Below, one piece after another: positions 18,347 through 27,585 of a stretch of 64,000 bases of DNA (its first letter is position 1; each line of letters starts with the position of its first letter). Source of the stretch: Candidatus Bathyarchaeota archaeon (GTDB lineage Archaea; Thermoproteota; Bathyarchaeia; Bathyarchaeales; Bathycorpusculaceae). The notes beneath the pieces were generated by a model. The model was given only the letters and a program-made list of their open reading frames with translations, had not been told where the DNA came from and did not search any database. Both the position numbers and the translations under genes were made by a program. Location: the NCBI GenBank assembly GCA_963775685.1, contig CAVZJV010000014.1:576001-640000 (forward strand), written 5' to 3'.

Positions 18347-19851
18347 GATGCATTTGCCGCCTTGGGTCTCTTCTTAACCATCGCTAAGATGTTGTAGGCA
18401 TAAGCAGCCGTATCTATCTGGTCTTTATGCTTGCCCGATGGAAAAAACTCCGCCTCATCTAGGAAAGCGCTGTTCCATTGGCCACGAACCAGATGCACGT
18501 GCCCACGCTCTGCAGCATTCGCCAACGGGGTAGCTCTGACAGCTTTCTCACCAGTGGGTGACTCACTGACAACAACGTACCCCAACAGGGTAGTGCGGCT
18601 AATGAGATCAATTAAGTTCTTTCCTGCTGAACCCTTTTCCTGCTCAATGTGAATAGGCATTGTTTGACCATCTAATTCTGCACAAGTCGCCATCTCGCTC
18701 TGGATCCTTGAAGGACTGCCACGAAAACGCCTTACATCCTCAATGTACATGTGCCCCTCAACCATAGCAGCTCTCAGAGCGCTTGTATAATCGGGGTCAG
18801 GCGCATCGCCCTCTTCAGTACAAGCTAAATCCCAAACCCGCACGCGTCTAGCCTTCTCGGGCACAGCTGAAGCATCAATAAGTAGGCGTTCTTTGCCGTT
18901 AACAAACCACTCTCGCTTAAGCATCCCAGATGAACTGACTTTCCAGCTACCCCGACGTAGCTGTTCTCGGGTAATAGGATCCAGCCGATTTAGGCTTTTT
19001 ATGTAACTTGTCTTATCGAGGAAAATGTTGTCATCCAAAGTTGAAGGAATAAAGACTCTCGGCTCACCGCTTTCCTCATCACAATTAAACTCAACATGAC
19101 TCTCAGAACTGCTGCATTCAGGGCAAATTGCGAGGTCTAAGTTTTCAGTCTGCATTTTAAAACCGCAGCGATGGCAAACAAACCAGGGCAAAAAATAACC
19201 CTTAACCCAATATCCCTGCACTACACTGCCGATCTTATGAGGTGGGTTGGAGGCAGCACGAACACGCAGGGGAAGCCATTGAAACCGTTTAAGCCTACGT
19301 ATGCGACTTATCATGTAACGATAAGAATACTCAGTGAACTGGGTGATCTCATCCCAACCCTCAAACTGGTACTCAGCACTTTGATGATGAAAGACATCCC
19401 GATCATTCTCCAAAAACCCAAAAGTCAAGGATGAACCGGACGGAAAATGCCACGTATGATTGATCCCATCCCAACGAGCAGAAGTCTTACCCCACCATTC
19501 AAAACTCCTCGAAATCAAAGCGCCAGGCTTATTGAGGTCTGTGAAGCTACGTCGAAGAATTATCGCCGCATACCCAGGGACATCCAGAAACATCGCGGCA
19601 GCCATAAGCAAAGCATCTGACTTTCCGCCTCCTGCCGCTCCGCCGAATAAAGCCTCCAAACAATCAAGCAACAGAAGAAACTTTGCCTGCTTAGGCGTCG
19701 GACCGCTCTTTCCCGTCACTGGGTGAGGGCGATTTGGAATCCAAGGATTCTGCATCACGTACTTTTGAAAGATTGCTGTTAAGAGTTGCAGCTTCCGATA
19801 TGACGCCGGCGTATTCTGTGAGGAGCACGTGTTGGGTTTTGTTAGCGACAT
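18343..19851 (-). CDS. terL: Terminase large subunit
   Basis: GGAAGGGKS Walker A, GWDEITQF Walker B, ASNP, WDLA...DYTS and HKDQIDT RNase H motifs; true start may be downstream. Confidence 0.93.
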   Translation of the reverse strand: MSLTKPNTCSSQNTPASYRKLQLLTAIFQKYVMQNPWIPNRPHPVTGKSGPTPKQAKFLLLLDCLEALFGGAAGGGKSDALLMAAAMFLDVPGYAAIILRRSFTDLNKPGALISRSFEWWGKTSARWDGINHTWHFPSGSSLTFGFLENDRDVFHHQSAEYQFEGWDEITQFTEYSYRYMISRIRRLKRFQWLPLRVRAASNPPHKIGSVVQGYWVKGYFLPWFVCHRCGFKMQTENLDLAICPECSSSESHVEFNCDEESGEPRVFIPSTLDDNIFLDKTSYIKSLNRLDPITREQLRRGSWKVSSSGMLKREWFVNGKERLLIDASAVPEKARRVRVWDLACTEEGDAPDPDYTSALRAAMVEGHMYIEDVRRFRGSPSRIQSEMATCAELDGQTMPIHIEQEKGSAGKNLIDLISRTTLLGYVVVSESPTGEKAVRATPLANAAERGHVHLVRGQWNSAFLDEAEFFPSGKHKDQIDTAAYAYNILAMVKKRPKAANAS

Positions 19852-20341
19852 TCACTTCCACATTCACACTGGGTTCAACTTTTGCTCTAGGCAAAAAGCC
19901 AAGACTCTGATTGAGTTCAACCTCGACTTTAATGGAGTCAATGAAGCGAGCAATTGCCCCGACACGGGCATTGGGAACCTTGCAAGTCTTCATCAAATAA
20001 AGCGCCTCTTCACGAGCAAGCTGCAACATATTAAGCAGGTCCTTACCATCCTTATTCGCCTGCCAAGACTCCCAGATAAAAGGCTCCCAATTGCCTCGAT
20101 CAACCCAATCATTCAAAAGCGTCTTCTCTGTACACCCGAAATCAAGTGCCATTTGCTTTAGGGCAGCAGGATTAAGACGACCGCTATAATAGGTAACAAG
20201 CATCGTCTTACGCCTATGAAACAAAGGCAAAGTCATATGCACACAGGGAGGCTTTACCTGTTTATCCCCCCGCTGGTACTGTTGAGGCGAATTAAGGGGT
20301 TTTTTTCTTATCCCTAAAGCCTCTTCCATCGAAATCGACAA
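19691..20341 (-). CDS. Putative terminase small subunit
   Basis: HTH-like segment (LKQMALDFGCTEKTLLNDW) and helical oligomerisation region; immediately upstream of TerL. Confidence 0.6.
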   Translation of the reverse strand: MSISMEEALGIRKKPLNSPQQYQRGDKQVKPPCVHMTLPLFHRRKTMLVTYYSGRLNPAALKQMALDFGCTEKTLLNDWVDRGNWEPFIWESWQANKDGKDLLNMLQLAREEALYLMKTCKVPNARVGAIARFIDSIKVEVELNQSLGFLPRAKVEPSVNVEVNVANKTQHVLLTEYAGVISEAATLNSNLSKVRDAESLDSKSPSPSDGKERSDA

Positions 20342-20354
20342 ACAGCTATACCTC

Positions 20355-20615
20355 TTAAGTCTGCAGCAATTCTGATGCTTTTCTAACAGAGCAAAGCACG
20401 TCTACGCCTTTTTGAGAAATGACATAGTGCTTGCGTGAAATTCCTCTGCAAATCTCTACTGTCGTGACTAAACCTTTCTGAATCAGGTCCTCAAGAAGCG
20501 GTTTGAGTACATTGCAGTTAACGTTAGTTTTATACATGATATGCGTTAGAATCTTTGGTGTTCGTACAACTTCCAAGATAGCTAAGGACTGTTCAAAAGT
20601 GGATCTTTTTCCCAT
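20355..20615 (-). CDS. Winged-helix DNA-binding protein
   Basis: LTHIMYKTNVN...LIQKGLV...YVISQKG archaeal wHTH pattern. Confidence 0.82.
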   Translation of the reverse strand: MGKRSTFEQSLAILEVVRTPKILTHIMYKTNVNCNVLKPLLEDLIQKGLVTTVEICRGISRKHYVISQKGVDVLCSVRKASELLQT

Positions 20616-20640
20616 TTTTACTCTCTCCCTTTGGATTGTA

Positions 20641-20817
20641 TTATTGTTCAGTCTCTGCAGCCTTAGGGTTAGCTTGAATGATCAGTGTCATCGTTCGGAT
20701 TCGATTTTCTATAGCAGCGTTTATGTCTTCTAATAGAATCTGCTGCATCCAATCCGGCAACATAACGGCTCTGCTAAAGGTTCGCTTGATTTGTTCAATA
20801 AACTCTTCAGGTTCCAA
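20641..20817 (-). CDS. Small hypothetical protein (58 aa), absent from the ORF track
   Basis: TTG start after AGGAGAGG; MEPEEFIEQIKRTFSRAVMLPDWMQQILLEDINAAIENRIR...; fills an operon gap. Confidence 0.6.
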   Translation of the reverse strand: MEPEEFIEQIKRTFSRAVMLPDWMQQILLEDINAAIENRIRTMTLIIQANPKAAETEQ

Positions 20818-20833
20818 ACAATCCTCTCCTAGA

Positions 20834-21091
20834 TTAATGAGCTAAAGCGTAAGTTAACAGAAAAGTCACAACCGATGTGACGGCACCAATAGCGATAGGT
20901 TTTGCAAAACTTGTCCAACTCGCAGAAACCTTGCTCTTCTTTTGCAAATCCGTTATAGCTTTAACAATGCCGCCGTTTAAGCCAGTGCCATCCTCTCCCA
21001 AAAGGGCTAAATCTATACGGTCAATCTTGCGCTTGATTTCGGGGCAACTGGGACAGAGGCTATAATCGGGGTGTAACTCTTCAGGCATCAA
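20834..21091 (-). CDS. Small coiled-coil protein with C-terminal TM helix
   Basis: CPSCP, ALLGEDGTGLNGGIV, one C-terminal TM helix. Confidence 0.65.
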   Translation of the reverse strand: MMPEELHPDYSLCPSCPEIKRKIDRIDLALLGEDGTGLNGGIVKAITDLQKKSKVSASWTSFAKPIAIGAVTSVVTFLLTYALAH

Positions 21092-21365
21092 AAATTAACT
21101 CCTTTAATGGTCCAGTAAGAACTAAGCCTTGCTCAACGTTAGGAACAGCCTCAGATTCAGGCTGACCAAAAAGCTTTCCCAACTCGTCAGTAATGGAATT
21201 TATGTCAGTTCGACAAACAGTCTCGCCGATCAAGCGATCACGAAACTCAGTCTCCCTAATATATTGCCAAGCCGCCTTACGCTGAATCTTTATCGCTATG
21301 TAATCTTGCTCCCGCTGCCGCTGAGTAAATTTTCCCTGGAAAGTTCTTTTATGAGGCATAAACAT
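21081..21365 (-). CDS. Hypothetical viral protein
   Basis: Co-oriented ORF overlapping the next gene. Confidence 0.55.
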   Translation of the reverse strand: MFMPHKRTFQGKFTQRQREQDYIAIKIQRKAAWQYIRETEFRDRLIGETVCRTDINSITDELGKLFGQPESEAVPNVEQGLVLTGPLKELIFDA

Positions 21366-21636
21366 ACCTTAACAAAATATGAATAATGACAAAAACCACT
21401 ACAAACCGTTCACGCTCCAACCAGGAGGCGAGGAAAATTAAACGCTAGCTTGCAAGAGGTTAAACCCGATACATTACACTAATAAGCGCTTGCTTTTAAG
21501 CAATTGCACGCAAGAATATTTGCCAAATAATTCAAAGTAATTTACATGTTCAAAGAAATATGTTAAGAAATTCGACATTAATTTTTCACTAATTACTTTT
21601 TCCAGCGATGTGATCTTCTAACCACGTATTTTTCGC

Positions 21637-22494
21637 TTAAAAAAGAGGGGGGTTAGGAAGTATCTGTCCCGTTGAGACATCAACTACACTAAATCCTATG
21701 GGTGGATGGGTCGGGTGACTAGCATTATTAACGATGATTTCCCATACATAGCTGTAAATGACTCCATCGCCATAGATAGTTGAGTAATCTGATGGAGGAT
21801 TTATCGGCGGATTGATTGACATTGAAACTGGCAAAGTGTTATTGTAAACATTAAAGTCGGTTACCGTCTGCCAACTATGAAAGTAAGCTCCAACAGTCAG
21901 TCCTCTAAGAGAAGTTTTGTTCCAATCATCAGCTTCCAATGCTATTTGCAGAGCCCGATACATTGAAACAGGTGGTGCAAATGAAGAGTTAACATTTGTT
22001 GAAGGTATTAATCCAAACTCATCATAGTAAGCCATAGAATCAAAATTCAATCCATTAATACGATTAAAATCGCTTTGAAGCATCGCAATCTGATTGTATT
22101 CATAGACTGCTATTGCTGTACTTGCAATCAATAGTGTCATAAGCAGAAGCGCAACTGTTTTAAGACCTGCCTTTTTTTGCCCCCTTCGTGTTCTTTCTTT
22201 TATGCTGCCTTGTGATGATGAATTCTCTACGGTTTGAACAGTAAGCAACGCATCTTTGCCTTCATCCGATAAGCAGTACTTGCCATATTCCCCTGTTTTT
22301 ATCAAGCCATTGAGTTTAGTTAAGTGATGCTGCAGGTGTCCACTACTTTCAATGCCTACTTTCTTCTTTAAGTCTGCAAATCCCAAAGAACCTTCACTTA
22401 AAACCTTAAGAATTTGAATGCGTGTTGGGTGACCAAGTGCATCAAATACTTCTGCCCTTTGCCTGTCATACTCAACTTGACTTTGGTCTTCCAC
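21637..22494 (-). CDS. ArsR-family wHTH regulator with TM helix and extracellular domain
   Basis: VFDALGHPTRIQIL...SSGHLQHHL ArsR motif; one TM helix; C-terminal VVDVSTGQIL (PepSY-like). Confidence 0.82.
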   Translation of the reverse strand: MEDQSQVEYDRQRAEVFDALGHPTRIQILKVLSEGSLGFADLKKKVGIESSGHLQHHLTKLNGLIKTGEYGKYCLSDEGKDALLTVQTVENSSSQGSIKERTRRGQKKAGLKTVALLLMTLLIASTAIAVYEYNQIAMLQSDFNRINGLNFDSMAYYDEFGLIPSTNVNSSFAPPVSMYRALQIALEADDWNKTSLRGLTVGAYFHSWQTVTDFNVYNNTLPVSMSINPPINPPSDYSTIYGDGVIYSYVWEIIVNNASHPTHPPIGFSVVDVSTGQILPNPPLF

Positions 22495-22511
22495 GCTCTC
22501 TCCCTAAACAG

Positions 22512-22638
22512 GTCAATATTCATTGGCATATTTAATCCCTCTTTCGTAGACCTCCTAAAGAAGCCTGTTTCTATTTGGTCCAGATTTCTGGACAAGCACT
22601 GCTCCCTTCCATTAGGTGCATAGTCAAAGTTTCTTGAC
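22512..22638. promoter_or_regulatory. Three 16-bp inverted-repeat operators in a divergent promoter
   Basis: GTCAATATTCATTGGC (22512), GTCCAGATTTCTGGAC (22578), GTCAAAGTTTCTTGAC (22623). Confidence 0.55.
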
Positions 22639-22683
22639 GAAAATATCTATAAGACACCGAATTTGGTTCATATATAGAGTCAA

Positions 22684-23784
22684 ATGAGAGCCCTACTAAC
22701 AGTCATTACAATATGCTTGATCGCTTCCATCTCAATTATTATGTTGCCTGTGAGCGCTGATTCCAGAATCATTATTGTTCCAGACAATTACACTTCTATC
22801 CAAGAAGCGATAAACCATGCATCAGCTGGAGACACCGTTTTAATAAAGAAAGGCGTTTACGTCGAAAACCCAATAATCAACAAGACCATCTCATTAGTTG
22901 GCGAAGATAGGGACGCAACTGTGATTGATGTGACAGCAGGTCTTAAGGTGCAAAGTAATAATGTTAACATAACCGGCTTGACGATATATGATGGTTATAA
23001 CGGAATAACAGTATCTTCGAATTCATGCAGGCTTTCAGGGAATAAGATTTCAGATTCTCAGGTCGGCATAGCTTTGCTTAGTGCTTATGATAATGTCGTA
23101 GCTGAAAACACATTCCAATCTATTGGACTCTCAGCTGCCATTCAACTAAGCTACTCCAACAACAATCTCATACAATATAATTACATTAATTCATGCACTG
23201 AGGGAATTCAGCTCAGAGAGGGTAGTTCAAACAATACAGTAGTCGATAATATCGTAACTGACTGTCAAGATGTAGCTATCCGATTGTTAGGGTCCGGTGT
23301 TGGCAAAAAATGGTATGGTCCAGACAGCAACACAATAATGCAAAACAACATCTCATATTCAGGATGCGGAACAACCATTTATGGTGCCAATGGAAACATA
23401 ATATCTAACAATAATTATGTTAACAACACCGTTCAATTTTCAGCCAATGAAGACTATTATCTAATATGGGGCGGCAGCCGCTCAATAAACACTATCAATA
23501 GAAACTATTGGAGCGACTACAACGGAACAGATGCTAATAAGGACGGCGTCGGTGACACCCCATACATCATAGACGAATATAATAAAGACAACAATCCTCT
23601 CATGTCACCAATCCCAATTACTTTACCTAATTACGGTCCAACTGCATCTCCTTCAGTTCCTGAGCTATCATGGTTGATTATTGTGCCTTTGCTGCTTGTT
23701 TTGTTCTTTATTGCCTCGATAGTTAGGCATCGAAAAAACAGAAATCAAGCTACATTGTGTTCCAGCTTTGGAACAGCCTCTTAA
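22684..23784 (+). CDS. NosD/CASH parallel beta-helix surface protein with PEF-CTERM-like anchor
   Basis: IIVPDNYTSIQEAIN, Asn ladders, NYWSDYNGTDANKDGVGDTPY, VPEL + TM + basic tail. Confidence 0.85.
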   Translation: MRALLTVITICLIASISIIMLPVSADSRIIIVPDNYTSIQEAINHASAGDTVLIKKGVYVENPIINKTISLVGEDRDATVIDVTAGLKVQSNNVNITGLTIYDGYNGITVSSNSCRLSGNKISDSQVGIALLSAYDNVVAENTFQSIGLSAAIQLSYSNNNLIQYNYINSCTEGIQLREGSSNNTVVDNIVTDCQDVAIRLLGSGVGKKWYGPDSNTIMQNNISYSGCGTTIYGANGNIISNNNYVNNTVQFSANEDYYLIWGGSRSINTINRNYWSDYNGTDANKDGVGDTPYIIDEYNKDNNPLMSPIPITLPNYGPTASPSVPELSWLIIVPLLLVLFFIASIVRHRKNRNQATLCSSFGTAS

Positions 23785-23845
23785 TCAGATGTTCCATCAA
23801 TAGAACTAAAAGATAATTAACAAATACTATCTTGGGAGCAACGCT

Positions 23846-24466
23846 ATGAAGAGACTAATGATGGCTTCTGGAATTATAATCCTTATCGTCGGTATTCTGT
23901 TAGCTGCAATAACTGTTGTTTCCCTTCCAGAAAACAAGACTGAAGCATACCAAGTTCCAAAATCAATAGTTATTGTAGACCGCTTTGGTCTTTTAGGACC
24001 AACTTTTGGGGTTACAAATCCAACAGCAGATTGGGGTGATGGATTTACCTTCAATAAAGGGGATTATCTAAAAATTCAGGTCAATGTAACTTCTGTTAAG
24101 AGCATTAGCTTCTTCGTTGATGATGGAAGAAAGGGCTTAAACAGCAATCTCGATTCAACTATCTATCTGTCTTATCCGAATATTACCAAGGTAAACATTG
24201 ATTGGGTAGTTCCTAAGAATTCAAGCTACAACTTTGTTTTCAGTAGTTCAGGGACAGTTGCTGCGAGCGATGTACATTGGCAAATAGTGAAGCTATGGAA
24301 TGAAACCGATTATAGAACTGTAACCCAAAATGTTCCTTTGCTCCCCTTGCCAATGCTTTATGTTGGGGTAGGCATTGCTTTGTCTGGATTGGCAATTATG
24401 GTATATGTAATAATAAAAAACTTAGTAAGGGAGACCTTTCCTCAAGCCAGTGTAATTGAGCGCTAA
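23846..24466 (+). CDS. Two-TM membrane protein with extracellular beta (GOLD-like) domain
   Basis: N- and C-terminal TM helices flank a beta-rich domain (DWVVPKNSSYNFVFS). Confidence 0.7.
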   Translation: MKRLMMASGIIILIVGILLAAITVVSLPENKTEAYQVPKSIVIVDRFGLLGPTFGVTNPTADWGDGFTFNKGDYLKIQVNVTSVKSISFFVDDGRKGLNSNLDSTIYLSYPNITKVNIDWVVPKNSSYNFVFSSSGTVAASDVHWQIVKLWNETDYRTVTQNVPLLPLPMLYVGVGIALSGLAIMVYVIIKNLVRETFPQASVIER

Positions 24467-24467
24467 A

Positions 24468-24611
24468 TTATTTTAGTTTTGAAGTATCTCTCCTGCTTGC
24501 AATGGCTCCCTTGGGGCTGAGAATGAAGCGGCCAAAGCATTCTTTGCAGTAGCCTGTCTTGTTTTGGTTTGAGAGTTTGCGTCCACATTTGCCTTTGCAG
24601 TAATTTGGCAC
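24468..24611 (-). CDS. Small zinc-finger protein (47 aa), absent from the ORF track
   Basis: GTG start overlapping the GNAT stop after GGAGG; CKGKC...GYCKEC. Confidence 0.6.
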   Translation of the reverse strand: MPNYCKGKCGRKLSNQNKTGYCKECFGRFILSPKGAIASRRDTSKLK

Positions 24612-25045
24612 TATAAACCTCCAGATTTCTGTTTAGGTATGTATTGTAGGGTTACGCTTAGGCGTCGTTTGCTGTTGCTCTTGGTGAGTTCTGAGTTGAT
24701 TCTTGTATCTTCGCTTCCTGCTGTGCCATGCCCAACACGCTTGACACGCCAGTTTCCCATGTTGCCTCGGACAAGCTGAGGATTTGAAGTAACCAAGTAG
24801 AAAGGGAGGTTGATTTGGGAAGTGTAGAGCTCAGCGACGAAGTTTAGTAGTCGTTTGCCTAAGCCTATGCCTTGGTAATCGGGCAAAACCACCAGGCGGC
24901 TAACTCGGAAGTAATTGGCCTTCATCTTTGTGTGGACTATGGCTATGAAGGCTACGGGTTTTTGGTTGTAGAAGGCGGAGTAGCATCGGACTCCGGCACC
25001 GAGCTTTCCATTCAGATAGTGATATTGCCGAAAACTCTTCCACAT
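24611..25045 (-). CDS. GNAT (Mom-like) acetyltransferase domain, probably made as a -1 frameshift fusion
   Basis: FRQYHYL and SRLVVLPDYQGIGLG acetyl-CoA-binding motif. Confidence 0.82.
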   Translation of the reverse strand: MWKSFRQYHYLNGKLGAGVRCYSAFYNQKPVAFIAIVHTKMKANYFRVSRLVVLPDYQGIGLGKRLLNFVAELYTSQINLPFYLVTSNPQLVRGNMGNWRVKRVGHGTAGSEDTRINSELTKSNSKRRLSVTLQYIPKQKSGGL

Positions 25046-25695
25046 GGAATTGCCGCACCGGTAAACTTGGAGCTCAACGGGCGGCCGACTTCTTTTTTTC
25101 GACTAAACTCCATCGTGTCAGTGTTGAAAACCCAATCGACTTCCAGCCAGTCGATGACGTCAAAGTGGCAAGTTACGGCAATGAACTGCTTTCCAGGTTG
25201 GGCACGAACCGCCTTGCTGATAGCGTAAGATCCGATTTTAGCAACTTCACGGTCCACGACACTGGTAAATTCGTCGAAGACTATGCGTTTCTGGGGTAGG
25301 CATAGTGCTCTTGCGACGTCAACTCTCATCTTCTCGCCCTGGCTAAGACAACTGTAAGCCTTTAGCCAATCTGGTGGAGAAGCAAACCCGACACTGCAGA
25401 GCATGCGAGTAATTTCTGATGTGCTGAGTTCTTGGGGAAAGTCGTCGAGGATGCATTTGCCCTGGTAATCAAAGCTTGTGATGTACTCGTTGGGAAACAG
25501 TTTTTTTGCGATGCTGCTCTTGCCAGATCCGCTGCGGCCAACGATTATGCCTACCTGCCAATCATCCCCTTCAATGGGTAAAGATCCCTTGAAGTGCTTC
25601 TGCAGCTTAACATCGTTTAGCGTGAAGCTTCCAATGACGCTTTGAGCTCGAAAACTATCAGGCTCATTCCAAGAATTATAGAAGTCAAAGTCCAT
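25012..25695 (-). CDS. Soluble ABC-type ATPase
   Basis: GRSGSGKS, LSQGE, FDEFTSVVDR and TCHFD motifs; no transporter partner. Confidence 0.88.
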   Translation of the reverse strand: MDFDFYNSWNEPDSFRAQSVIGSFTLNDVKLQKHFKGSLPIEGDDWQVGIIVGRSGSGKSSIAKKLFPNEYITSFDYQGKCILDDFPQELSTSEITRMLCSVGFASPPDWLKAYSCLSQGEKMRVDVARALCLPQKRIVFDEFTSVVDREVAKIGSYAISKAVRAQPGKQFIAVTCHFDVIDWLEVDWVFNTDTMEFSRKKEVGRPLSSKFTGAAIPCGRVFGNITI

Positions 25696-26282
25696 TAGAG
25701 ATTCAACACCCTCACAGCATACCCCTGAGCAGTTAATTGGTCAAATTTGGCTCTCTGGTCAGATTCATCTTTGCACTCAATAACCAGCTCGTAACTTTCA
25801 GGAATCAACAAAGAACCCTCACGAGGTCCCCCTAGATCTTCAGGAATTCTCTCGCCAATCGCCATCAAAAGTGCCTGCAAATCTTCTTTTTCTCCAGCTT
25901 CGATTATGCGCTTGTAATCAGCTTCGTCAAGCTCTCTGTTATGCTTACCCCTAAGCTTGTTAAGAGTCTGGCGTAGCAGCCTCCGCTGAGAATCCGAGAG
26001 AGCAAGCCTAAGAACCGGCGCAAAAAACTCCCCATGATCCTTGCAAACCTGAACACGTTGTTCCCCATCCCCAAAAACCCCCTTCAAATCGGTAACAATG
26101 GGGTAGATCCAGCCGTGCTTTTGCAGGCTTTTCCAAACCTGTTCTTTCTGTTTATTAGTCATTTTGTTAGGGTTGGTTTCGTCGCTTCTAAGTTGCCGGA
26201 TGTCTTGCAAGAGATCTTGGTAAGCATTCGGAACCTTCAGATTGGTTTTCTTTTCGGGATTTTCCAAATTTGTCAACTCCAT
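25695..26282 (-). CDS. ParB/Srx N-terminal domain protein
   Basis: NPNKM...SLQKHGWIYPIV...DGEQR motif. Confidence 0.8.
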   Translation of the reverse strand: MELTNLENPEKKTNLKVPNAYQDLLQDIRQLRSDETNPNKMTNKQKEQVWKSLQKHGWIYPIVTDLKGVFGDGEQRVQVCKDHGEFFAPVLRLALSDSQRRLLRQTLNKLRGKHNRELDEADYKRIIEAGEKEDLQALLMAIGERIPEDLGGPREGSLLIPESYELVIECKDESDQRAKFDQLTAQGYAVRVLNL

Positions 26283-26287
26283 TACCG

Positions 26288-27244
26288 TTACCTGATGTAT
26301 TTGTCGGGATCTTTCTGCCCTTCCCCAATATCCTGAGGACCCTGAAAATCGCCAAGCTTACCCAAAACATCATTTAAGCGATTGAGAGCTCCAAACATCG
26401 CTTCGTTTAGACGTTCAAGCTGCAAAAGCCTACTGTTAGTGTACTTTAGTGCTTCAGTATTGCGTTTGACCTCTTCTCGAAGCTCAACCGCATGCTGAGA
26501 TCTCTCCGTGTCAGCAAACCCCTTGGATATTGCTTGTTCAAACCGGTTTACGCTCATGGGCTTTGTAATCTTGCGTTCCTTGCGCACAAGGGATTCCTCT
26601 TTTTGATACACCCGCTCAACCATCCCATAGAGATCAACTTTGGTAATGCATTGAACACCATCCAATCTGATGCCATGATAGTCTTTGTTGCACTCAAAAG
26701 TTAAAATCTCCAAATCATTAAGCTGAAAACCTAAACGATCGTTGACTAGATCAAACCAACGGTTAAGCGCCAACAGACACGCATCATGACTCATACCGCC
26801 AACGTCACAAGCGAGATAACCGCTAATTTTGCGCCGCTCCGAACCAAAACAAACATGAATCTTCACTCCCCCAACAAACTCATCCATCTCCCAATGCTTC
26901 ACATCCTGGCAAACAAAACTGCGCAAACTAATGTTATGCACAGAGAGCGGCACGAACCGCACCCCGTAGGTGATTTTGTTACAGTATGCTCCCGGATAAG
27001 GCTGAATGATCAAGCCTTTTTGCAGCAATTTGGAGCAGAAAAAGCGAACCGTCGAATACTGACCAGGTGTTGGCTTGCGTGGAGCATGGATTTTTCGAGC
27101 TATCTCACAAGGTTTTAGTTCAACTTCGGAAGCATCGATAATCTGATATGTTAGTGCTTCTATGCCTCTGGGCTTTGAGGAGTGCCAACTGTTGCAACAC
27201 CTGTTGGTAGGGGTGTTGGCGGTGTTATCGGATGCTAAAACCAA
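26288..27244 (-). CDS. Hypothetical protein with N-terminal wHTH and C-terminal coiled coil
   Basis: LKPCEIARKI...KLLQKGLIIQPYPGAY wHTH-like segment; GGAG RBS. Confidence 0.6.
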   Translation of the reverse strand: MVLASDNTANTPTNRCCNSWHSSKPRGIEALTYQIIDASEVELKPCEIARKIHAPRKPTPGQYSTVRFFCSKLLQKGLIIQPYPGAYCNKITYGVRFVPLSVHNISLRSFVCQDVKHWEMDEFVGGVKIHVCFGSERRKISGYLACDVGGMSHDACLLALNRWFDLVNDRLGFQLNDLEILTFECNKDYHGIRLDGVQCITKVDLYGMVERVYQKEESLVRKERKITKPMSVNRFEQAISKGFADTERSQHAVELREEVKRNTEALKYTNSRLLQLERLNEAMFGALNRLNDVLGKLGDFQGPQDIGEGQKDPDKYIR

Positions 27245-27266
27245 AAAACGCAGCTCCTAAAATTGC

Positions 27267-27584
27267 TCAACTTGAGCTTTTAACTTCTCTAATCTTAACA
27301 TAATAGCGCATCATCTGCAGAGTAGCCTTCTTGAATCGAGGACTCAAAATCCCCATTTTCTCTAAACCATATTTTTTTAGCAATGTCTTAGCGGCAGTCT
27401 TCTCCTCGTCAGAATAGCTTGGGGCACTATAGCTGCTATACAGGTTAGGCGCCCATCGAACTAGCTTATCTGCAATCTCAAGTAGCGTCTTTTTTGCAGG
27501 AGCACCAACCGACTGCTCCTCTAGTGCAGCCTGCTCAAGTAAAGGCTGAAGAATGTTCAGAGGACCCATACGAAAGTGACCCAA
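27267..27584 (-). CDS. Hypothetical viral protein
   Basis: Likely TTG start at 27584 after GGAGG; co-oriented. Confidence 0.55.
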   Translation of the reverse strand: MGHFRMGPLNILQPLLEQAALEEQSVGAPAKKTLLEIADKLVRWAPNLYSSYSAPSYSDEEKTAAKTLLKKYGLEKMGILSPRFKKATLQMMRYYVKIREVKSSS

Positions 27585-27585
27585 T

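Noticed and set aside
19075-19195. Intein in TerL
   Set aside because: Too short and lacks the terminal His-Asn and splice-junction residues; treated as a zinc ribbon.
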